From: Paragordius varius
Taxonomy: Eukaryota > Animalia > Nematomorpha
NCBI GenBank assembly: GCA_964247055.1
Contig: OZ176055.1
Span: 6,820,001 to 6,884,000 of the forward strand
Length of the DNA: 64,000 nucleotides
Reading direction: 5' to 3'
In this document: positions 54,723-64,000 of the stretch, in pieces
How the letters are laid out: each line of letters starts with the position of its first letter
How positions within the stretch are numbered: position 1 is the first letter of the stretch
Notes under the pieces: generated by a model
What the model was told of the DNA's origin: nothing
Databases searched by the model: none
Seen by the model: the letters and a program-made list of their open reading frames with translations, nothing else
Made by a program: the position numbers and the translations under genes

Positions 54723-55933
54723 TATACTGTGTGCAAAAAAGAGGGTTAATTTTTTTTAACAGATATTTTTTTTCATGAGATAGCTTATGACCGGCGAATT
54801 CATTTGCCGCAAAAATTTATATTTGTTGACGACCTAGTTTTTGAAATATTGAGACAAAATCGACGTGCAAAAAGTGAAAATTAATGATAATAAAAAATAA
54901 TTAAAAAAAAATAAAAAAATTTGAGATATTATGGTTTATTATCATTTTAGGAGATATTTTCAATAGATAGCCTAAAAAAATATAGTTAGGGTTTTCAGAA
55001 AATTGTAGCTCAAAATTCTTCTTTGAATGCTCTTAAAAGACAAGATTATTTTTATGAAACTATATTAAAATAATTTTCCTTAATTATTTACTAGCTACAC
55101 TCACTATAAAAATCTTAACATTCATATTTTATTCAGTAAAAAAACTTATACATCAAAATAAAACAAAAAATTTTGTTTTTCCTTTTTAATTTTTTTGTCA
55201 TCTAGTTTTTGATTGTAAAATTTACTGTTTTATTCTGGAATATTACATGAGTGAAAATCATAAAGTATATAATTTATGTAAAGTAGGATTTAAAACTAGT
55301 AGTATATTAACCAACAATCCGTACAATTCCCAATAATAATATTATTTTGTCTTATAATAGACTTGTTACAGGGATTTGTAAGGATGGTTGGTTGATATTC
55401 CACTATTTTTAAATCCTATTTATAAATTTATGCTTCATACACTCGTGTAAGATTCCAAAATAAAACAGTATAAAGTTTATATACACTCATAAACCAGATG
55501 ACAAAAATATGAAAAAAATAAAAAACATTATTTTTTGGTTTTATTTTGATATATGAGTTTTTTTGCTGAATAAAATATGAATGTTAAAATTTTTGTAGTG
55601 AGTCTAGCTAGTAAATAATTGAAAAAAATTAATTTAATATAGTTTAATAATAAATTTTTTGTCTTTTAAATGTGTTAAAATAAAAACGTATCTTTTGAGC
55701 TGAAATGTTATAGATAACTATATGATTTTAGTCTATTTATATATTGAAAATAGCTCCTTAAATGATAATTAACCATGACATTTCAAATTATCATTATTTT
55801 TTAATTATCCCTAATTTTCACTCTTTGCCCGATTTCGATTTTTTCTCAGTATTTTAAATAGGTCGCAAACAAATAAAAAAATTTACACATGAAAAAAAAA
55901 TATTTTGTTAAAAATTTTTTTACACACAGTGTA
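54723..55933. mobile_element. 1.2-kb near-complete palindrome (Tc1-like TACACTGTGTG termini)
   Basis: Arms of about 590 bp are imperfect reverse complements up to a loop of about 25 nt near 55345-55365; TA flanks. Confidence 0.85.
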
Positions 55934-56984
55934 TATATATCTGCAATTTGGCCCGAACATATATAATGTATATATAAGTGCACAAAAACAAGGGCATAAA
56001 AATCCTATATTACAATATATTAATTTGATAGAAAAATGGTGTATCAGGATGCTGATGATACTTCATTATTTAGGAGTCATTTAAGAAAATTTTACTTTTG
56101 TAAAGCTATAATGAATATGCAAAATAAGGCGCACATTTTATATAATTTTTTTAAGTTATAGGTTTCAACCATATTTTGACAAAAATCAATTTAATATAAA
56201 GGTTTAATTCAATTTAAATTTTGAAATTTGATCCGAAAGTTTATGACTTTTGAACGTCAAAATTGACTGAATAGTTTTCTTAAAATAAACGCGAATTGAA
56301 ATAGTATGTATAACATTAGTAAGTTATTTTTATAAAATTGCATTCATTGCTTATGGACAAGATTTTTTATTTAATGACATTAATAATGTTGTCGTTGAAG
56401 CATACATTAACAACGATTCATGCGACTATGATGAAAAACTGCTAAGCACATGCTTAATTTTAGAGTGTTAAAGGCTTTCACCATTAATTGTGTAGAATTT
56501 AGCATGATTCGCCCGAAGATTTAATATCTTCCAGTTAATCAACATATCTTAAAAATATTTTTAGAATAGTTATTATTTACTGTTTAATTGTTGGGGCCCG
56601 ATGTTTGAACCTTTAAGTCGATTAGTCTTTTATTGACGAGTTTGTGGTTCAGGCCGGGCCATTATACTTATATTTTACAAAGTATTTTGAATTTTAGAAA
56701 TTGACAATAATACAAAAAGAAGATGGATTTACATTTTCAATTGAAGGCATATCTTTCACATATTCAAACCGATTAGTGATAAAATTGTGGTATGATACTG
56801 CGGAAAATCTGGAAAAAATAATCAATGACACACATTTCAAAATTTCTCGACAATTATATTGCATTTAGAAACGCATATATTTTTATTCTTAAATCTTTAC
56901 ATCAACACATATAATGGCATCTATCATACCTGTTTTGTTTTTATGTATTTTTGAATAATATGATTTTTATATTACAATATTAAA

Positions 56985-57690
56985 ATATACCATTTGTACT
57001 TCAAGAGTGTCTTTAAACACCTCAAGTTGGTCTCATTTCAAATTGGTCCTTGAACACTTCAAGTTGGTCCTTGAACACTTCAAGGTTTTCCCTAACCATT
57101 TCAAGTTGGTCCTTTGACTTTTTTGTTTTGCAATCAAATCGTGTATCAGTTCTTTTAAAATATTTTCATATATTAATCAAAAATATAATTTTTCGTTGAA
57201 AACATTTATACGAATAATATTGTTTAATTGGAGAATTTATAGTCAACAAAAAATCAGTTTTTAACAAAAAAACAGTTTGAGTCTCTTTTTTCCTTTTTAA
57301 AATAAGGACTAATTGTATCCCGATATGTGAAGGCTTTAAAACCCTGCCCAGAGACTGATGATGGAAAAATTGCATAGCTCTCGGGATCGAACTCTGGCAC
57401 GCAGTGTAAGAGTCCAGCGCCCTACCTACTATACCATCCTTTTAGCTTTAAAGGAAAAATATTAATTTTAAATGAATATTATATAAAATATAATAAAATT
57501 AAAAAATTCATGCAAAAATTATGGTTTATATCCGAAAAAATATTAAGGACCAATTTGAAGTGTTCAAGAACTAACTTGAAATGTTTAAAGACCAACTTTA
57601 GGTGTTAAGTACCAACTTTGTTCAAGATACTCTTAAAATGTTCGACCAACTGAAACTGTTCAAGGACGCTCTTAAAGTGTAAAGATGATT
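56985..57690. mobile_element. MITE family C with 21-bp subterminal repeats (TCCTTGAACACTTCAAGTTGG), carrying a nested SINE
   Basis: Left end TATACCATTTGTACTTCAAG with tandem 21-mers; inverted 21-mers at 57545-57690. Confidence 0.75.
57320..57440 (-). mobile_element. tRNA-derived SINE
   Basis: A-box TGGTATAGTAGG and B-box GAGTTCGATCCC, followed by a non-tRNA body shared with 59980-60112. Confidence 0.75.
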
Positions 57691-59556
57691 TTGCAGTAAC
57701 TTTAAGCAATATGTATCTGTTAAGGCATCAGTTTTATTTTGCCAAACTCCGATTCCTTTAAAGTCGGTCTGTTCTATATATAAAGTAGATAACAGTTTGT
57801 ACTTATTATATGAAACTGAGGACATTATATCAAAGAATAAAGCGTCTCACACTACGACACATGGAAAGCAATGAACATGTTTTTGGGTGTTTTTTATCCG
57901 TTGAATCCGTTTTGGATAAAATGTACTGTTGCCTTCCATTTCCTTTTCCCGATATATTTAACTCTTTTAAAGTTATCTTAGTGTCCCCGATATGTGTTTA
58001 TATAATTCCAGATAAAAATGCTTTGGAAATAACTAATGAAAGAAAGATAAACTCTTTTTGTCATATTGTGAGATTTATTTTTTTGTCTTTTGATAAAGTT
58101 TGTAAACGAAAATGTTTTTTAACTTAAAAAATATATTTTATTAACATTATTTTCATTATCTCAATATTTGCTTCTATTTTATTTTAATATTATATTTGAA
58201 TCATTTATAAGAAATTTAACATATCTAGCTGTAATTTATTTCATCCACATCGTATCAATATAATATTCCCAAATTAATCAAACAAGGGACCTAAATCATA
58301 AACTGGTAAACAATTGAACGAGATAGATTAGCATAAGGAATCCCTATTAGGTCGCCACATATTAAAATTACAGTAAAAATTGAAATTATTTGGAAAATAA
58401 AAATCTAAATACAAATATATTTATAAAAAAACCGCTTTTTGAACCTTAATTCATTGTGCCTAACTATTTTATACAATCGTAAAATATTTTGGTTATACTA
58501 TCAATATACATTTATATTTCATATTTCGAAATTTAATATAATGAGCTATAACCTATTTAACAAAAAGGATATTTTTTGATGCTCTTTGGGTACTATATTT
58601 TTATCTATTAATTATATCAGATGGCGTTTTGAAACATATATAGTTTTAAATTAAATTAAAACGAATAAAAATGAAATATAATTGATGAAACATTCATTAC
58701 CCATTAATTTAATAATTCAATTAAAATGAAAAACAATTTTTATATTTTTAAGCCTTAGTAATATAGTTTAAATCATGCAAAAATATTCAATAAAAACAAT
58801 AGTTTAAATATATGACCTCGAGCATTGACCGCTAAATTAGTTGAGTCAACACACATTAAATTTATATTTACGTTAATACAACTTGATTATCTCAATTTAT
58901 TTTTTTATACATGGCCATTTTACTTACCAACATTAGTTTATTCCTATCCTATAATTATTACGTACCAAGTTAACATTTAAACTTAATACTAACTGTCTTT
59001 TATAATTATACTAAACATCAATTTTTCGGGACTCGATATTTTTGCCCAATTAAAATATTTTAATAAATCTCATATAAAAATAAATTTTATTACTCTTTTG
59101 ATCAAATTTTTTTAATGATTTCTAGATTAAAATTTGGTAAAACCTATAAATCTTACCATCAGATATTCAGTTTTATAACCTTTTTCGAATATTGGCCATA
59201 TATAATGTGGATCGAATTTTATAAATTTTTTCAATTCAGAACCCAAAATAAAACTTTAAGTTTATAATAATTAATTCTTATTAATTAACAAGGATCACGT
59301 ATTTTTATTAATTAATAAAAATTTTAGGAAGTCGATAATTGTAAAATACTAAAATTTTCAAACATATATTTGACATTTTTATCTAAAGGCAAATCAATGG
59401 TAGATGCCCTGAGAAATATATCCAAAAATATTAATGATATGAACGAAAACCTTAAAACTATTCATAAATAACATATTTATAAATAAATACCCACAAAATT
59501 CAGGAATATAATTTTAAAGCACTAAAATTTTTGATAAAAATTATTTAATTTTTTAG

Positions 59557-61293
59557 ATTCTGGACCTATTAAATGTACTTTACCGCTAATATACCATGGT
59601 ATAATAATTAAGTTAAGTTTTAAATAAATTAAACTTTTATTTGTCCAATTTAGTTAAAACTGTCGCACGTTGTTATGATGATACCAACAATGTTACTAGA
59701 GATATGTCTTGTGTGCCTATTTTTACTAATCAGCGGTAAGCTTACCCTAATACTCAAATTTATATAAAGTTTCCCTTTGGACATTAATTTAATTTTTTTA
59801 AGAAATGCGAATTATCAACCCTAAAATTATCGAATGGGTCCCATATCAAAATTGTTTTAAATTTTTTAATTTACAGACCATTGGGCCACTATCATTCTGT
59901 GCTAATATCTCTTTTTGCAACAAAGAATATTACTTCTTTTAATTTTATGTGCTATTAGAATAAATTTATAAGGAAGGCGTGTGATATAATAGGCATGGTG
60001 CCGGACTCTTGCACTGTGTGCGTGGAGTATTCGAGTTCGAACCCCGAAACTAGTTATTTTTTCTGTCATCACTGCCAATTAGCCCTTGACAGGCTAGTGT
60101 TTAAGCCTTCCTTTACAAGTTTTATATAATTTAAGCCCTTGCCTTTAATGAAAAAAATGACTCTATTGTTATATTTTAGATAAAATTTAAAATATTTGTT
60201 GGTTAAAAGTTTAAGACGATGGTTTTGACGCATTATTATTAAATTATATGGTAATATACCCTTAAAAAGCGAAAACTTGTATCATAAAGTTTAAGTTTAA
60301 TTGTATTTTTGAACACAAATGATATCGATAGCACCTACCTTACAGGGTTGGATTGGAAAATTTCGCATTTTCAGGGTTCGTTACACATGTACACAATTCA
60401 GATAAAGTTTTCCCACTACTATTTTTAATTAAATATTAGTCTGGCTGGTCTTTTTAAGTTTGAACCGGGGGTCTTCTAAAAAAGTTTCAAAACGGCATCA
60501 AAACCAGAATGATGATTTTAAAAAATCGGATTTAAACCAGGTTCGTAATTTATAAGAGCTGGTTTTTATTTAAATGTGGGGAATTAGATTCTGATTTTAG
60601 GTGTCTATAACCTAAAAAAATTATAAATAGGGAATGTATAAAATTTTCGACTGAATTCACAGAGCCATATTTGCTAATATTTTTATCTACTATTCTAAAT
60701 TTGTGATAAATATGATTTGAAACTTAATTTTGCGGTATAAAAGCTTTATATTTAAATTAATGAGTGTTTGAGAGTTTTAAAAAGAAAATAAATGCAAAAG
60801 GTGCATGATAAGTATATAACTGCGAGTTTTTTCACGTAATATTGGCATATAGCATATACAGCAAAGATAATTATAATTGGGCATCATTAGAAACCAAATA
60901 TTAAAGCCATCAATAATACCCTTCGCTGTATATGTTTTCTATCGTATAAAACTAGCAATAAATTTTAATCATATTCTAAATCATATGTCAAAAATGGGAA
61001 GCTTAATTATCCCACAGCTATTATAAAAATTTTAATGTAACTAATCATATTCCTATCTTAAAATTTTGTAATTACTTTTTCAATAAAATGCATATTTTTC
61101 TTATATCAGAACAAGTCCTCAAAAAGCTATCCAATCATTGGTTGTAGAAAAAACGAACAAAATTAATATCGCTATAATATATAATTCAACAATAATAAAA
61201 TCCGACACCAAACTGACCCTTATGTTTTTGGACAGTGATATGATGAATACCATAAAAATGATTGGAAATTTTTCGCTAAACTTAAAATATCCG
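59557..61293 (+). CDS. Hypothetical protein, paralog Z of gene Y (partial; first and last exons not located)
   Basis: Exons 59557-59598, 59654-59735, 61110-61293 have the same intron phases (1,1,2,0) as Y. Shared motifs RC..(N)NVT..MSCVPIF and LTL..D.DM...IK.IGNFSLNL. Confidence 0.55.
59980..60112 (+). mobile_element. tRNA-derived SINE, second copy (in a gene Z intron)
   Basis: A-box TGATATAATAGG, GGACTCTTGCACTG, B-box GAGTTCGAACCC, body ..TTTAAGCCTTC. Confidence 0.75.
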
Positions 61294-61814
61294 GTATTTT
61301 TTGAAATTAAAATTACATATTGAATGGAATATTATTATTACTTGGAATTAATTGGAATTATTAAATTCAGCAATAATTTAATATATTAAAAAAATTTTGG
61401 AGACTAAAAGTAAGGTTTGTCGAATCTATAGGTCAAACATATAAATCATTAGAAAGCAGACTAAAACAATAACTATAACTCCCGATAATGAGATATTAAA
61501 ATTATTTTTTTTCACAAATTAGGTTGGGTTTTGAATTATTTTACTAGAATTGCAAAAGGATTTTTTTAAGTCAAATTTCTGGTCGACTTAAAAACATAAA
61601 AAGCCCACCAGCAATTTTAACAATGTTCTTTTTTACCAAATAAACTGATATAAAGATGTATCAGTCCGCTTTTTTTGATTACAGCTGCAGGAATACCCTT
61701 GTCCCCATATTAATAGGTGATACATGAATTTTATTTATTGGGAAAATTGTTAAACACTCACCATATTTCTAAATATTCTATTGCATATAAATTATTAACA
61801 AAACCAACACAATA

Positions 61815-62910
61815 TAGTAGGTGTATAGTCATAAGATATTACCGGTTAGACAATGAGAAGCGTCAGCGAAAAATAGGCAGACGATTAATTTGATACAGTC
61901 TCATTTTGTTTATCTGAGAATAAACGACAAACATAAACAATCACCAAAAATCTAGCGTATTGCTTTCATCATTCAGCAATGATGTCAAATTTTGTGCATT
62001 AAAAGGAAAATTTGCGGCACTCATCGCCATCAGTAGAAAAAGGTATCGTTTGCTGGCAGAAATATATGGTGTACATCCTTTATCGATTAAATATTAAAAA
62101 CATATCAAAATATCAAAAGTTATGATATGTGAAAGAGTGTGAAAGCTCTGGTAGATGGTACACCTCAACGATCAAGCGCAAGTGTTATTGGATGATGACC
62201 CAATTGAAGTCCAACGGTATTTGATAGAAAATTGCCACAAAATCAATAGATGTCCACGATCAGCAGCCCAATAAACTCCCTAAATGGGCACAAAAATAAA
62301 CTATACTCGAAATCCCAAAATTATTTGGAAATCCTTCAATACAAAAAACATTTTTGCATTTAATTGCGACTGTAAGAAATGTCTTTATTTTGTAAATCTG
62401 AGCCAAAAAATCGTGGCTTTGCAAGGCCGTTCTATCCACAATAAGGCAAAATCTCTGCTAGCAAATCATATGTTGGTGCTAAAGCGGTATTGTCCAATAT
62501 GAACTTTTAAAGTCCCGTGAAATTGTTTAACACAACACTCTTTCATACAAATCATTGATTAGAATTATGTGTTAATGGAAAAAGAATCGTAATAAGCTAG
62601 AAAAAATAATATAAAAAAATCGCTTTGATAAGAAATATTTCATCATCCGCTGAACTTGGCGCCATCTGACTAATACAACTACATATCTGGGGACGAACAG
62701 CAATTTATTTCGAAGACATTGGAAAAGGGCTGGACGAATGGTGGGCCGCAAAAGTCACTCGGTTTTCTGGCACAGCATTTATATATTACCAAATAGAGGA
62801 GCTCAAAAGCCGATGGACAATATTTTGAATTGAATACATGATTAATTTTCTTATAACATGACATGATCTTTCAGCGTAAGATCGACAAGAAATTATAATT
62901 ACATCTGGAA
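61815..62910 (+). mobile_element. Mariner fossil (Mos1-like)
   Basis: Collinear remnants from ATG ~61979: MSNFV, RLLAEIYG, QVLLDDD, FLHLIAT, SGIVQYELLK, NLAPSD, LDEWWAAK, ADGQYFE. TIR-like GTAGGTGTATAGTC on the left; the right TIR is degenerate. Confidence 0.8.
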
Positions 62911-64000
62911 GCAACAGAGCATTTTGATATTATATAAACATGAATATTTTTAGTTAAAATATTGTTTTAAAAATTGCTCAAAGAGGACAAGAACGGTCAC
63001 GTTGATGTGGCATCATAAATAAAGCCGAAATAAACTCGATCAGTCAGGTGTAAAATAATATGATGAATTTATTTATGTATAAAATTAGCTGAGCAATTGT
63101 AAAATGCATATTTTGTAAACATATGCTTTGAGTATTTGGGTATTTCTAAAATCAACCAATTTTATAACCACATTTTATTTTAAACCATCCGTATATCCGA
63201 TATTTTATAAATAGGAAGTCTGATTTGTGAATTAAAATGCTTCACTTTAATACTAAAAATTAAAGCCTATAAATTATCTATATTCTTTATTTGTAATTAT
63301 ATAAAGGTTTTAATTTGATCTCATAAAAAATTTATAAAGCAAATAGACACAATAGTTTGCTAAAACTTTTTTAGGCTTTGTCCCAATTATCAATTCATCA
63401 AACTGAGGATATGAGCTTTTAAAACTTAATTTTTGACCCCGAATTCGACACATTTATAAATAGCTCTTTTCCTTATTTTGATATAAAAACTTAAACAATT
63501 CGGTAAAAAGTTGGTGTCGTTACATATAAAGAAAAAAAATAATACAAATTTCGGCATTGAATTGTTTCAAAAATTACTTTAATAATTTTAATTTATCAAA
63601 TGTATCAAGCCTACCGTTCTTTAATGGGCTTAATTTAAGGACTTTTAATCAATTTGATAGAATGAGCTAAAAAACATATTAAACTTTTTAATTTCCAACA
63701 GTTAAAGAAAGCACTTTTCCGCTATAATAAATATTAAAATATACCCAGTTCCGTTTTTTAATTTTGACTAAAGATGGTAGATAGATCTTAAACTCATAAC
63801 GAAAAACATCAAGATTTCTATCTTTTTTAAATTATTTTTTATATTTGTTTGGTGGTTGTAAAATTATTTATATCTTCATTAACACTTCATGACCTTTTCA
63901 TATTTTAGTCTTAATTATTGGGGTACTTTTATATCCCAGAGTTTGTATTATAAACACTGTTTTGAAAGTTATTTTAGTTAAAATTTAATAAACATACATT

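Noticed and set aside
57375-57440. Functional tRNA gene
   Set aside because: There is no proper acceptor stem, and it continues into a body shared with a second copy, so it is a SINE head.
57622-58127. ORFs 57622-57825 (-) and 57810-58127 (+) as a gene
   Set aside because: No recognisable motifs or consistent splice model; the minus-strand ORF partly overlaps the MITE end.
61950-62300. GPCR-like reading on the minus strand
   Set aside because: Better explained by the plus-strand mariner transposase, whose motifs are collinear over the whole region.
1-64000. Non-standard genetic code or U12/AT-AC introns
   Set aside because: All modelled genes translate cleanly with the standard code and end at TAA, TAG or TGA. 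All modelled introns are GT-AG, with no RTATCCTT donors noticed.

Overview
AT-rich, intron-containing DNA from an animal, probably a fast-evolving invertebrate; the taxon cannot be fixed from sequence alone. It uses the standard genetic code, and every intron I modelled is GT-AG. Left 38 kb: SDHA (+, 14 exons), an intronless TMEM200-like ORF (+), then a tightly packed housekeeping block of MIS12-like (-), NAA25 (-), PPIE (+), TMEM222 (-) and VPS72/YL1 (+). The coding-to-coding gaps in that block are only 215, 18, 171 and 86 bp. Several 5'-proximal introns are only 24-27 nt, while internal introns reach about 2 kb and carry MITEs. Right 26 kb: mostly transposon remains. These include an RTE-like LINE split by a hAT element with a perfect 8-bp TSD, a mariner fossil, roughly 1-kb palindromic elements, hAT MITEs and a tRNA-derived SINE. 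This half also holds two paralogous, apparently lineage-specific genes for secreted glycoproteins. All gene models were spliced and translated by eye, and homology calls come from recalled family motifs, not database searches. No rRNA, intact tRNA or CRISPR array was seen.
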